In this document: positions 8,864 through 19,400 of the stretch, in pieces
How the letters are laid out: every line of letters begins with the position of its first letter
Position numbering within the stretch: position 1 is the first letter of the stretch
Assembly: GCA_943359595.1 (NCBI GenBank)
Contig: CALRIA010000001.1
Span: 11,654-75,653 of the forward strand
Source: Candidatus Magasanikiibacteriota bacterium
GTDB lineage: Bacteria; Patescibacteriota; Patescibacteriia; Magasanikbacterales; GWA2-37-8
Direction: 5' to 3'
DNA length: 64,000 nucleotides
The notes under the pieces: model-generated
What the model was told of the DNA's origin: nothing
Seen by the model: only the letters and a program-made list of their open reading frames with translations
Database searches by the model: none
Made by a program: the position numbers and the translations under genes

Positions 8864-9046
8864 GGCCTACCTCACATTTGCGCAATATTTCAGCGCGTGT
8901 TAAGAGGCTATACTAATAAATAAGTATATAATTGTCAAATTAAATTAAAAACAAATAATTATTATTGGTTAGTATAGCAAGTATGATTGGCAACTTTTTA
9001 TTTTAGTTATTTTATGATAAACTAAAGAGACTTTAAATATTTTTTT

Positions 9047-10225
9047 ATGTTAAAAAAAGAACCGACAGTGGTTTTGCATCAGGGTGTTTACAAAAAAACC
9101 ATAGGTATCAATAATGCAGTTTTTATGATTACCGGCATGACGATTGGTGCCGGTATTTTGGGGATCCCTTATGTGGTGGCACAAGTAGGAATTTGGATTG
9201 GAGTGACGTATATTTTAGTTCTTGGGATGATGATGTTGTTTTTGAATTTGATGATTGGTGAGATTACTGTACGCACTAGAGAAAGTTTTCAACTGCCTGG
9301 TTTAGTAGGAAAATATTTAGGTGGTCCCGCTAAAATCTTGATGTCAGTGATTATTATATTTAGTGGTCTGGGTACACTGTTGGCCTATTTGGTAGGAGAA
9401 GGTGAATCTTTGGCTGGTATTTTTGGTGGTTCTCCTGCTTGGTGGACGGTGATGTTTTGGACTGTTGGAAGTGTATTGGTGTGGCGGGGGTTACAAACGG
9501 TCAAAGTAATTGAAAAAATTTTAAGTATTTTAGTGATTGCTATTATTTTGGGCTTATCGATGGCTTTTTTACCCCATCTACAAGTGATAAATTTTAGTTA
9601 TTTAAATTGGGGTAAAATTTTTCTACCCTACGGTATAATTTTATTTGCTCTTCATGCGGCTCCGTCTATCGCTGAAGCGCATGCTTTATTGCCAAATAAT
9701 CAACAACAATTTAGAAAGGCGTTGATTGTTGGCACTTTGATTCCAATTTTTGTATATATTATCTTTGCTTTCGCGGTTGTTGGGGTCATGGGAAAAGAAA
9801 CTACCGAAATAGCTACTTTGGGTTTAGGAAACAAATTTGGTTCTTGGGTCAGGATATTTGCCAATATTTTTGCTGTGTTTGCGATGGGGACTGGGTTTAT
9901 GGGTTTGGGAATAGCCTTAAAACAAAGTTTGATATGGGATTGGAAAATATCATCATTTTTAGCCACTTTCTTAGTTATTTTGACTCCGTTGACTTTTTTT
10001 ATGGCTGGCTGGAGAAATTTTGTAGATATTTTAGGGATAGTCGGGGGATTATTTTTGGGTATTGAAGCAATACTGATGACTTTAGTATATTGGAAAGCCA
10101 AGGAAAATGGTGACTTACCAATAGATAATTATAAATTACCTTGGGCTGGTTTATTGACAATTTTGGTATTTGTGGTATTTACAATTGTTACACTAGTTAG
10201 TATAATTCAACTTATTCATTTTTGA
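9047..10225 (+). CDS. Amino-acid permease (APC/Trp-Tyr permease-like, ~11 TM)
   Basis: 392 aa. NAVFMITGMTIGAGILGIPY is a typical N-terminal motif of amino-acid transporters; polytopic. Confidence 0.65.
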   Translation: MLKKEPTVVLHQGVYKKTIGINNAVFMITGMTIGAGILGIPYVVAQVGIWIGVTYILVLGMMMLFLNLMIGEITVRTRESFQLPGLVGKYLGGPAKILMSVIIIFSGLGTLLAYLVGEGESLAGIFGGSPAWWTVMFWTVGSVLVWRGLQTVKVIEKILSILVIAIILGLSMAFLPHLQVINFSYLNWGKIFLPYGIILFALHAAPSIAEAHALLPNNQQQFRKALIVGTLIPIFVYIIFAFAVVGVMGKETTEIATLGLGNKFGSWVRIFANIFAVFAMGTGFMGLGIALKQSLIWDWKISSFLATFLVILTPLTFFMAGWRNFVDILGIVGGLFLGIEAILMTLVYWKAKENGDLPIDNYKLPWAGLLTILVFVVFTIVTLVSIIQLIHF

Positions 10226-10303
10226 CGGTGTTAGTTGTTGCTATGTGTAAGGTCGGTTACTTATCAACAACTTCCTTCTGTCGTTAATTTTTTTAAATAA
10301 ACT

Positions 10304-11455
10304 ATGTCTAATAATTTTGTTTTTACCTCAGAATCCGTAACCGAAGGTCATCCAGATAAAATCTGTGATCAGATTTCTGATGCAGTTTTAGATAAATTGA
10401 TTGGTCAGGATCCAAAATCACATGTCGCTGTCGAATGTTTTACTACTACTGGTTTGGTAATTGTTGGCGGTGAAGTCACTACTAATGGTTATGCCGATGT
10501 GCAACAAATCGTTCGTGGTGTCTTGACTGATATCGGTTATACCGATCCAGCTTATGGAATTGATGGGGAACATGCTGGCGTACTAGTTTCTATCCATGAA
10601 CAATCTCCAGATATTGCTCAAGGTGTGGATAAAACTGCTATTGAAGAACAAGGTGCCGGAGATCAAGGCTTGATGTTTGGTTACGCTTGTAATGAAACTG
10701 AAGAGCTGATGCCGTTGCCAATTTCTTTGGCGCACAAATTGGCCAAACGTTTGGCTGAAGTGCGTAAAAGTGGTGAGATTCCATATTTGCGTCCTGATGG
10801 CAAATCTCAGGTGGCTGTTGAGTATGTGGATGGAAAACCAACCCGTTTGCAAAATGTAGTAATTTCTACTCAACATCACGATTCTGCTACCAATGAGCAG
10901 ATCCGTGCCGATGTCACTGAAAAGGTAATCAAACCAGTTTGTGAAAAATATATGGATGACAAAACTGATCTATTTATCAATATGACTGGTCGTTTTGTTA
11001 TCGGCGGTCCTCAAGGTGATACTGGTCTGACTGGTCGTAAAATTATCGTTGATACCTACGGTGGGATGGGTCGTCATGGTGGGGGATGTTTTTCTGGTAA
11101 AGATCCAAGTAAAGTAGATCGTTCAGGTGCTTATATGGCTCGTTATGTGGCCAAAAATATCGTGGCTGCGGATTTGGCTGATAGATGTGAGGTACAGGTG
11201 GCTTATGTTATCGGTCGCGCTGAACCAACTAGTATTCGTGTGGATAGTTTTGGTACTGGAAAAGTAGCTGATGAAAAATTGGAAGAAGCGGTAAAAGCAG
11301 TGTTTGATTTCCGTCCTGGTAAAATTATCGAAAAACTTGATCTGCTCAAGCCAATTTATCGCGCTACTTCGGCCTATGGGCATTTTGGTCATGCTGAATT
11401 TCCTTGGGAAAAAACTGATAAAGTTACTGATCTGAAAAAAGCCGCTGGCGTATAA
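10304..11455 (+). CDS. metK: S-adenosylmethionine synthetase
   Basis: 383 aa. [36 protein letters not shown] and [27 protein letters not shown] are canonical MetK signatures. Confidence 0.95.
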   Translation: MSNNFVFTSESVTEGHPDKICDQISDAVLDKLIGQDPKSHVAVECFTTTGLVIVGGEVTTNGYADVQQIVRGVLTDIGYTDPAYGIDGEHAGVLVSIHEQSPDIAQGVDKTAIEEQGAGDQGLMFGYACNETEELMPLPISLAHKLAKRLAEVRKSGEIPYLRPDGKSQVAVEYVDGKPTRLQNVVISTQHHDSATNEQIRADVTEKVIKPVCEKYMDDKTDLFINMTGRFVIGGPQGDTGLTGRKIIVDTYGGMGRHGGGCFSGKDPSKVDRSGAYMARYVAKNIVAADLADRCEVQVAYVIGRAEPTSIRVDSFGTGKVADEKLEEAVKAVFDFRPGKIIEKLDLLKPIYRATSAYGHFGHAEFPWEKTDKVTDLKKAAGV

Positions 11456-11469
11456 AATAAAGGTATAAA

Positions 11470-11503
11470 AAAAGACAGGTATAAAATACCTGTCTTTTTT
11501 TAT
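11470..11503. terminator. Rho-independent terminator shared by convergent genes
   Basis: Stem agacaggtat/atacctgtct, loop aaaa, T7 tail. Sits between metK(+) and the 583-aa gene(-). Confidence 0.8.
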
Positions 11504-11510
11504 CGTATTT

Positions 11511-13262
11511 TTATTTTACCAAATTTCCTTTTTTGCTTCCCAAATCATTAACCGATAAAATATTGTTTATTGCAGCTTTATTTAACATAAATAATTTACC
11601 AGTAGTTTTGTCATTAGCGGTGAATCTAATATCATTTATTAGATTGATATTTTTTCCAATTTGTTCTGGTGTTGGTATTGTGACCACTTCAAAATATAAT
11701 CCGGTTTGGCTGTTTGGTGGAAGCTCGCGGTAATTCCAATTCATCGTGTGAGAACTTTCGTTAAAAGTTAAACTTGGACCGATAGAAACACTTTGTTTGC
11801 CAGTAAAATTTATACCATTAGATAAAGTAGCGGAAAAAACTGCATCGCGAACTGGATTGGTAGTATTTTTTATACTGACAAAAATCCAATATTTGGTAGC
11901 TTCGCCAATTTGTGGTGGTAGTGGACCACGTCCCAATTGATCACCTTCATTGGAGAAATATCGAGCTTCAGATATTAAACTCAATTCGGTAGACAGAATA
12001 ATTTTTGCTGATTCACCAGAGGATGAAAATCGTTGTCCTGGAATATTTTTTAATTCGGAGTTAAACGACGGTTTTATTTCTAGTATAGCATTTTCTACGG
12101 CGCCAACGTTAAAAGTTGGTAATAGATAGATTTTAAAATCAAATTGATTTGTGGATTTTGTTTGGCTGTTGGCTAGGGCAGTGCGTTCGTTAGCGCTAAT
12201 CAATAGGTCATTACCGTCGATTTTAAATCCATTTTCTTTAGCAGTAATTTTGAGATCGACAACACCAGGAGTAAAAGCAATTCGTATATAAGAGTTTCGT
12301 AATTCATATTGCCCATTATTTTGCCAGCTAACACTAGCGTTAAGCACCTGGTTTGGTTGAGCAAAAGTAAGGTTGTCTGTCAATTTACTTGATATACTGA
12401 CATCGTGAGAAAAAGACTTTACTGTTATTTGGTTGTTTAATATATCTATTGGTTGATTGTTGATTTTGGCATTTACTAAAACATTTAGATTATATTCACC
12501 AGATTTGGCTGGCATAATAATTTCGCCAGTAATTAATTTTTCAGCATTTTTTTCTAAAGTAATATTTTGCAAATCAGTGTCTTTTAAATTGATAATTTTT
12601 CCAGGAAAATTAATATTAAAATTTAATCCTTCAAGCTTGGAATCCGAAGTATTTACTATTTTATAGACAAATGGTACGTGGTTGTTTGCAAAAGAAGTAG
12701 TAGCCATTTCTAATGAGGCTTTTAAAATACTATCGGATAGGTTTACTAAAAATGATCCGAGTTTTTGTTCGCGATATTTGGATTTTTCTGGTAGATAGGA
12801 AAATAGGGCAGAAATTTTTTCATCTTGTTTTGGTAATATCCAAAGATGACCGTATATCTCCACTTGACTGCTGGCACCTGGACGCAATTCTTTGAGTTCA
12901 AAAGTGGAGTCATCTCTAAATGTAGTAGTTGGTGTAAGATCGCGATCCACTATAAAACCATCTGGTAGATGTAGAGCTAGAATTGGTTCAGATAGATAAT
13001 ATTTACTCCTATTTTTATAATTGATTGTTATTTTAGTTAGCTCACCACTTTTGATTCGATTTGAGCCTAAAGATATCTTTATGTCAATTTGATCAGTTAA
13101 ACCAGGGTTCCAAAAAAAGAAAAAAAGCGTAGATCCTAGCATTGTAGTGGCTACGGCTAACAAAAATAGATCAAACGCAAAAAGTTTTTTGGCATGATTG
13201 TAAACCTTGTGATAGTGTAAGTGATAATGTCTATGGAAAAAGTTGTAAATTATTTTAAACAT
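11511..13262 (-). CDS. Hypothetical membrane-anchored, beta-rich extracytoplasmic protein
   Basis: 583 aa. N-terminal His/Tyr-rich tail followed by one TM (LFAFDLFLLAVATTMLGSTLFFFFW), then a long Asn/Ser/Thr-rich domain. Lies 14 bp downstream of the coiled-coil paralog on the same strand, so likely an operon. Confidence 0.55.
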   Translation of the reverse strand: MFKIIYNFFHRHYHLHYHKVYNHAKKLFAFDLFLLAVATTMLGSTLFFFFWNPGLTDQIDIKISLGSNRIKSGELTKITINYKNRSKYYLSEPILALHLPDGFIVDRDLTPTTTFRDDSTFELKELRPGASSQVEIYGHLWILPKQDEKISALFSYLPEKSKYREQKLGSFLVNLSDSILKASLEMATTSFANNHVPFVYKIVNTSDSKLEGLNFNINFPGKIINLKDTDLQNITLEKNAEKLITGEIIMPAKSGEYNLNVLVNAKINNQPIDILNNQITVKSFSHDVSISSKLTDNLTFAQPNQVLNASVSWQNNGQYELRNSYIRIAFTPGVVDLKITAKENGFKIDGNDLLISANERTALANSQTKSTNQFDFKIYLLPTFNVGAVENAILEIKPSFNSELKNIPGQRFSSSGESAKIILSTELSLISEARYFSNEGDQLGRGPLPPQIGEATKYWIFVSIKNTTNPVRDAVFSATLSNGINFTGKQSVSIGPSLTFNESSHTMNWNYRELPPNSQTGLYFEVVTIPTPEQIGKNINLINDIRFTANDKTTGKLFMLNKAAINNILSVNDLGSKKGNLVK

Positions 13263-13276
13263 AAATCGCTGAAAAT

Positions 13277-13714
13277 TTAAATGGCCATTTGCAATTTACT
13301 TTTTATACCAACGATATTTTCTTCGCATTTTTCTATACGACCATCTTGCTCCAAATTTTTGTTGGTGTGAACTTTTGAATTAGAATTTACTGCGTATAAT
13401 TCTTGAAGAGTTGTGTTGGCAGTAACAGTTAACATATCGATAGCAGTTTTGAGATCGGTAATATCACTACGAACATCTTTGATTTCTCCACGAATATCCT
13501 TGATTTCTTCATGAACATCTTTAATATCACCTTTGGTGGCTGATTGTTCTACTAAAATATCAAGCATGGTTTTTTGTTCATCCAATTGTTTGCCGTGTTC
13601 ACCAAGTACTTTTCTTATTTCTTTAAATTCTGTATCGTGATCGGTAAGTTTTTTTCTTACCTCTTTAAATTCTACATCATGTTCGCCAAGTTTTTTTAGA
13701 ATTGTTTCCTCCAT
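13277..13714 (-). CDS. Coiled-coil repeat protein (LxEHDxxF repeats), paralog of 227..592
   Basis: 145 aa. KKLGEHDVEFKEVRKKLTDHDTEFKEIRKVLGEHGKQLDEQ repeats, then IKDIRGEIKDVRSDITDLK repeats. Confidence 0.6.
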   Translation of the reverse strand: MEETILKKLGEHDVEFKEVRKKLTDHDTEFKEIRKVLGEHGKQLDEQKTMLDILVEQSATKGDIKDVHEEIKDIRGEIKDVRSDITDLKTAIDMLTVTANTTLQELYAVNSNSKVHTNKNLEQDGRIEKCEENIVGIKSKLQMAI

Positions 13715-13780
13715 ATTTTATAATTATTTAGTATACTTTTATGTTACCCCTATATTACCCCAAAAACCATATTTGGTCAA

Positions 13781-13812
13781 ACAAAAAACTCGACCATTTT
13801 AGTCGAGTTTTG
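13781..13812 (-). terminator. Terminator hairpin overlapping the stop codon of the HTH gene
   Basis: Stem aactcgac/gtcgagtt with the TAA stop inside the loop. The T-run follows on the minus strand. Confidence 0.55.
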
Positions 13813-14203
13813 TAGTTATTTTTTCTTCGGTTGGTTGTTTGGTAATCGATTTGGGGTTGGGGGAGTAGAGCGGATTTTTAATCTTCCATTTTTCTACGAA
13901 TTGCCCGATGCCTTTGTTGGCTAGTTTGTTTTTTACGGTGGTGTGGTGCTGAGACCATTTTACCAGACTTTCAAAATTTACCTTATAACGACCAGCCACT
14001 ATTACATAAGTGATTTCTTGAGCTGAGATGGCGCGACGAATGGTTTGGGAGTTTACTCCAAAAAGACGGGCAGCTTCAGAAATAGATACTCTGATCATTT
14101 CTTTTGGTTTTTGGTCGATATTAGTGAGAGTTGTTTTTGAGTCTTCCACAAGATTTGTATACACTAGTCTATACAAATTACTGGATTTTTGTGTTTTTGT
14201 CAA
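13799..14203 (-). CDS. HTH DNA-binding protein (excisionase/MerR-like HTH_17)
   Basis: 134 aa. VSISEAARLFGVNSQTIRRAI is a typical helix-turn-helix segment. Transcribed divergently from the ECF sigma gene. Confidence 0.6.
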   Translation of the reverse strand: MTKTQKSSNLYRLVYTNLVEDSKTTLTNIDQKPKEMIRVSISEAARLFGVNSQTIRRAISAQEITYVIVAGRYKVNFESLVKWSQHHTTVKNKLANKGIGQFVEKWKIKNPLYSPNPKSITKQPTEEKITTKLD

Positions 14204-14275
14204 GTTTAATTGTTGATTTGGGAGAGATTTTTTATTAGCGGTGATTTAACGATTAAATAGACGATATTTACGTAT

Positions 14276-14304
14276 TTGACCAATGTTATCATTTTTGCTA
14301 TCAT
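14276..14304 (+). promoter_or_regulatory. Candidate sigma-70 promoter for the ECF sigma operon
   Basis: TTGACC, 17-nt spacer, TATCAT. Its position argues that the sigma CDS starts at the downstream ATG 14382, not at 14283. Confidence 0.4.
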
Positions 14305-14381
14305 ATGCTTTATCGCTTTTGGCAGACTCGACCATATTCGAAGGTAAGTGTAACACTTTTAACTTTCTCTCGTCTTCTATA

Positions 14382-14939
14382 ATGTCAAACGTGATTAAAG
14401 AGAAAATTCTTCTCTACAAGATATATACAAAGAAAGATACGGACGCTTACGCTGAACTCTACGATCTGTATGTTAAACGAATTTATCGGTTCGTTTTTTT
14501 TAAGGTTGGCAGTCATGAGAACGCCGAAGATGTAACATCAGAAGTGTTTTTGAAAGTTTGGCAATATTTGATTGGTGGTACCGATTCAGTATCAGATATC
14601 AAAAGTTTTAGCGGCCTGCTCTATCGGATCGCGCGCAACAGTATTATCGATTTTTATCGCGCCAGAGCTGTCCAAAATGAAGTACCAATAAATGAAGATA
14701 CCGATCTAAGTGATAGTGGAAGTTGGTATGGGCAACTAGGTGATAAGATTGAAACTGAAAAAATTATTCAAACAATCAAAAAATTGAAACAAGAGTATCA
14801 GGAAGTTTTGACATTAAAGTATGTTGATGAGCTCGAGATAAGAGAAATTGCTGAAATTACTAGCAAAGGACAGATTGCGGTTCGAGTTACACTCCATCGC
14901 GCCTTAAAAAAATTAAAAGAAATATTGGGGAAAAATTAA
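14382..14939 (+). CDS. ECF-type RNA polymerase sigma factor (sigma-70 family, regions 2 and 4)
   Basis: Region 2: YAELYDLYVKRIYRFVFFKVGSHENAEDVTSEVFLKVW. Region 4: EVLTLKYVDELEIREIAEITSKGQIAVRVTLHRALKKLK. The ORF is open from 14283, but the upstream residues look non-native. Confidence 0.8.
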   Translation: MSNVIKEKILLYKIYTKKDTDAYAELYDLYVKRIYRFVFFKVGSHENAEDVTSEVFLKVWQYLIGGTDSVSDIKSFSGLLYRIARNSIIDFYRARAVQNEVPINEDTDLSDSGSWYGQLGDKIETEKIIQTIKKLKQEYQEVLTLKYVDELEIREIAEITSKGQIAVRVTLHRALKKLKEILGKN

Positions 14940-14943
14940 GTAT

Positions 14944-16251
14944 ATGTCGCAAGATTTAATTGCACAACTTAAACAGCTCAAGCACGGGGAAGTGAAGCCT
15001 CGACAAGAGTGGTTGAACAACAACCGCGCGCTTTTGCTATCCCAAATAAAAAATACCGTTATTCCAGAAGTACAAAAACTAAATTTTGATAGTATTTGGA
15101 ATACCATGTCATTGTTTGTTCCTCGCACTTTAGTCTTCAATGTATTTCGTCCAGTGGCTGTTCTGTTGGTAGTTTCAATCGTTGCGACTAGTGGTTGGGT
15201 GGCCAGCGTGGACGCTTCTTACAATGCTTTGCCAGGTGATTGGTTGTATCCAGCCAAACGGGCGGGTGAAAAAACTCAGGTAGCGGTGGCTGGTATGATT
15301 GGCTCGAAAAAAACCGAAACTATTTTACATTCTGAATTTGCCAAACGTCGTGCTAGTGAGACTAAGCAGCTGGTGGCTAGTAAAGATCCGCAAAAACAAG
15401 AAAAAGTAAAAGAATCTATCCAAGATTTAAAAAATGAAATTGCAAATGTTAACCAAAATTTGGAAGAAATAAAAATTGCGTCTGCTAGCAATTCAGTTTC
15501 AGCCAATATAGTTAAAGATATAAAGCAAGATTCTGAGCAGGTAAAAAATACTTTAGAAGAAGTGAAGGCGACTTTACTCATTACTTCCAATATTAACGAT
15601 ACTAGCTCTACCAAAGAAAATGCTGTGGCTATCAACGAAGTGAAAGATTTGGCCAAAGATATTTCGGTTAAAGCGGTAGAAGTGATCGTTACAAAGCACT
15701 TAGAAGGGGACAAAACAGTATCTTCGGAAGAAGTGAAGCAGGAGATCAACAATACTCTACAAACAGCATCTTCTGACGCTCAGCAGTCCAAACAAAGCGT
15801 AATCGACGTACAAGCAGTGGTAACTGCGGCCAAAGTAGGAGCCAAAGATTTGGCTACTCAGCCGACAGTCCTTGCGAGTACGACTGCTGCTCTTAACCAA
15901 AAGATTTCAGACGTGGCTATTATCACCAATAATGCAGCCGCTCAAAATAAAACGGTAACTGATAGTGTAAATAAGAAAGTGACTGAAGCAGTTGACGCAC
16001 TTAGCAAAGGTGACCTTTCCAAAGTGATGGAAAAAATGAAAGAAGCTAATACTGCTACCAAAGAGGCTGAAAAAATTTCAGATCAAATGGTTAATAATGT
16101 TCAACAATTGGTGCCGGTTGCCCCAATTATTGCCGTAACTGATCTTAAAAAAGATGCAATAGATTCAAAAGATATCAAAGTGATTCTTGATACATCTACA
16201 TCAGCTATGTCACCAATTATAAAAGTTGTTTTTCCCACAGACAAGAAATAA
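14944..16251 (+). CDS. Putative anti-sigma factor/membrane protein with a long extracytoplasmic coiled-coil domain
   Basis: 435 aa. Starts 5 bp after the sigma gene. Cytoplasmic N-terminus, single TM (VAVLLVVSIVATSGWVASV), then a Lys/Glu/Thr-rich helical domain. The arrangement is typical of sigma/anti-sigma pairs. Confidence 0.5.
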   Translation: MSQDLIAQLKQLKHGEVKPRQEWLNNNRALLLSQIKNTVIPEVQKLNFDSIWNTMSLFVPRTLVFNVFRPVAVLLVVSIVATSGWVASVDASYNALPGDWLYPAKRAGEKTQVAVAGMIGSKKTETILHSEFAKRRASETKQLVASKDPQKQEKVKESIQDLKNEIANVNQNLEEIKIASASNSVSANIVKDIKQDSEQVKNTLEEVKATLLITSNINDTSSTKENAVAINEVKDLAKDISVKAVEVIVTKHLEGDKTVSSEEVKQEINNTLQTASSDAQQSKQSVIDVQAVVTAAKVGAKDLATQPTVLASTTAALNQKISDVAIITNNAAAQNKTVTDSVNKKVTEAVDALSKGDLSKVMEKMKEANTATKEAEKISDQMVNNVQQLVPVAPIIAVTDLKKDAIDSKDIKVILDTSTSAMSPIIKVVFPTDKK

Positions 16252-16351
16252 ATTTCTTTTTCCGGGAATGACCGAGTCAATAAAGTGACGTTGTTATCCC
16301 CGGAGAGAGAAAACAAAAAATACAGTTTTGCCCCAGGTCGAGGGTTCGTAA

Positions 16352-16376
16352 TGAACTTGCAAAACTTTGGTACGTT
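16352..16376 (+). promoter_or_regulatory. Candidate ECF-type promoter (GAAC-N16-CGT) upstream of the giant surface protein gene
   Basis: tGAACtt at 16352-16358 and CGTtt at 16373-16377 with a 16-nt spacer. The perfect hairpin gtttcgac-atta-gtcgaaac (16374-16393) overlaps the -10. Confidence 0.25.
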
Positions 16377-16464
16377 TCGACATTAGTCGAAACAAAATCT
16401 CATTGCGTTTGACCGTTGTATTTATATGACGCGCGCAAAACAATGAGGTATATTAATTATATTT

Positions 16465-19400
16465 ATGACAAATTTATTAAAATTAGGTAAAAAGATCTTT
16501 ACCGTTGGCGTTGTCGCCACAACTATCTTTTGGTCCTTGGGTGTTGCCGCATTGGTACCAGCTGTAGCTAACGCTGCAACTGAAACTGATTGTGCTACAT
16601 TGATGGCCGGAGATTTGGTAAAAACTTCAGTTTCCCCAGTTATCTACGCTGTTAACGCTGACAAGACAAAATCTTATTTCCCACAAGGTGATAGTTTCAA
16701 ATCTTGGACTGCTGATAATAAATATACATACAAACTTATCGCTCAATCATGTTTGTCTTCTTTGAAGTCTGCAACTGCAGTTTTACCTCGTCCAGGTACT
16801 TACTTGGTAAAGGAACAAGCTGCTGATGCTGTATACATGGTATTGCCAGGCAACAAATTGGCAGAATTATCTGCTGAAGCTGCCAAAGCTTTATATGGTA
16901 CAAATTACATGGCTATGCCAGCAAAAGGTGGCCATACTATTACTATGGATGACCCATCTTGGACTTTTTATTCTCAGCTCCAGGTTGGTGGTTTCGGTGT
17001 TAAAATCACTGAATCTCTACCTACTGCCGGCGCTTTGGTAAAAGTTGGTGCTACTTACTATGTGGTTGGTGCTAACAAAGTTTTGAGTGAAGTAACTGCA
17101 ACTGGTTTGACAGCTAACCGCTTCCAAACTAAGTTTGCACATGTTTTGACTGCTACTACTGGTTTCACAATGAGTGCTGCTAAAGTAGAAGCTCAAGATG
17201 CTGTTTTAACTGATCGCACACAGGGTGCTGCAGGTCCTGTAGGAGGAACTTCTACTACACCAGCTGTTCCAGCTGGCGCATTGACTGTTTCTTTGTCTGC
17301 TGATACTGCTGCTGCTACTACTTTATCTGCTTCTACTGTTTACAACAATGTCTTGACTATCAAGCTTTCTGCTGGAAGTGAAGGCGCAACTGTAAATGGT
17401 TTGACAGTAAAGAAAGCTGGTTTGGTTCTTAACTCCAATATCAGTGGTGTTAGTGTTTGGGTAAACGGATATCGCAAAGGTGATGTAATGTCATCTTTCA
17501 ATTCTGACAACAAAGTGTCTGTTGGTTTTACAAATTCTGCTATCGTTATCCCAGCCAACGGCTTTGTATTGGTGTCTGTTGCTTTCAACTTGGGTAGTGG
17601 TGCTACTGGTGGTACTGTTGCCGCTCAGATCGCTGCTGCTACTGATATTGATACCAAGGCTTCTGTGGGTGGTACTTTCCCAATAACTGGGAATACCTTT
17701 GGTTTAACTGACGGTTCTGCAACTTTGGCTTCTGTCACAATTGTAGGTCAATCTGTTGGTGGTCAATCTGCTGAGCCAGTGTCTGGTGATACTGGTCAGA
17801 TGGAAATTGGTCAAACCAAAGAAGTTGCCAAATTCAAATTTACTGAAGCTGGTACTAACGATGCTACTATTGAGAAATTAACTTTCTTCGTAGCAGGTAC
17901 TGTTAAAGAGAAAGATCTCCAAAATTTTGAGCTCTATGCTCCAGATAACAGTTTGTTAGGTTCAGCCGCTTCAGTTTCTGATCGTTATTTGACTATAAAT
18001 TTGAAGGCTCCATATAAACTACCAAAAGGTACTAATCGTACTTTGACTTTGAAGGCTACCGCAATGGATGGTTCTGGAAACTGGTTCCAACTACAATTGC
18101 AGAGTGATTCAGATGTAATGGTAAAAGATGGTGGAAATTCTTTCTATGTATTGCCACTTGATTCTGATGGTGGTGCATGGTCTGCTGCAACTTCTACCAC
18201 TGGTTATTTCAAATTGAAATCCGGTGCTTTAACTGTAACAAAGAGCACTGATTCTCCATCAGCAAATTTGGCTAAAGGTTCTACTAATGTATTACTTGCT
18301 AAATTTGACGTCAAAGCTGTCGGTGAAGCTGTAGAAGTACGTAAATTACAAGTTACTGTTGTAACTACTACAGCTACTGCTACTAAATTAGCAGGAAACT
18401 TGAAAGTGGTTGTAGATGGTTCTACGATTTTGACTCAAGCTGCTTCAGCTGCTAGTTTGTATTCTGGCTTGTCTGGTCCTACTCAATATACTCTGTCTCA
18501 ATATGTGACTATTAAATCTGGAGAGACCAAAGTATTTGAAGTATATGGTGATATTGATGCAGCTGCTGCAGCTACTTCAGCATATCAAATCAAGATCGGT
18601 AAGGCTTATGTTAAGAGATTATCCACTTTGGATTTCCAAGACAACCAACCTAACGATATTTATGCTGCTAATTCTTTGTCTCTTGGTGGTAACACTCCAA
18701 GTATTGCCAAAGATACTTCTTTAGGTAATAAAACACTTGCTCCAGGTGGAAGTGCACAGGTTCTTGGCCGTTGGGTAATAAAAGCTCCAGAGGCTGAAGA
18801 AATTGATGTAACTGCTTTGAACATTTCTTTTGCAAATAGTGGCTTGACTGTAGCTACATATTTGCAGAATCTTGCTCTATATAGCGGTGACGTTCAACTC
18901 GGTGCCTCTGTTAGTGTAGTTGCTTCTACTTCAAATTCATTCACCTTTACTTTGAATGTTCCAAAGAACGTTACTAAAGATTTGACTTTGAAAGGTACTA
19001 TTATTGGTTCTGCTTTAACTGATAAAACCGTTTCAACTACTATTTCTAGTTTGACCTATGTTGGTAAAACTTCAAATAGTTCAACTGATGATACTACTGG
19101 TTATGCAGGTCAACAGAACACTATCAATAGTGCTACTGTTGCTATGACTGCAGCTTCTGATGGTACTACACAATCAAAAGTGTTGTTACCATCTGCCTCT
19201 CAGGTTCAACTTGGTAAATGGAAAGTAACTGTTACTAACCAAGATGTTGTATATAACAAATTAAGATTATATACGGTTGAGTCCACAACTACTCTTGATA
19301 CATCTGCTGGTAACTTTGGTTCTTTGTCTCTCTACGAAGCAGGCAAGGAAACTACTCCTTTGGCTACAGGATCCTACTTGCCAGGTTCTGGTAACGGTTA

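Noticed and set aside
7898-8923. + strand ORFs of 178 aa and 152 aa overlapping the 2OG oxygenase gene
   Set aside because: The minus-strand frame carries the full HxD...H / RxS oxygenase signature. The + ORFs are Arg/Pro-rich antisense artefacts of GC-rich sequence.
9700-10101. 133-aa minus-strand ORF inside the permease gene
   Set aside because: Antisense to a polytopic transporter with a canonical N-terminal motif.
10226-10303. Possible SAM riboswitch upstream of metK
   Set aside because: The 78-bp gap is too short for SAM-I, and no conserved S-box elements were seen. It holds only an 8-bp inverted repeat (agttgttg...caacaact) with a 25-nt loop, more likely a weak terminator or attenuator.
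14283-14381. N-terminal extension of the ECF sigma ORF
   Set aside because: The extension would overlap the TTGACC-17-TATCAT promoter and encodes an atypical hydrophobic peptide. ATG 14382 gives a canonical ~185-aa ECF sigma.
15276-15752. 158-aa minus-strand ORF inside the anti-sigma-like gene
   Set aside because: It is antisense to a better-supported + strand gene that is translationally coupled to the sigma factor. Its composition is serine/leucine-rich and low complexity.
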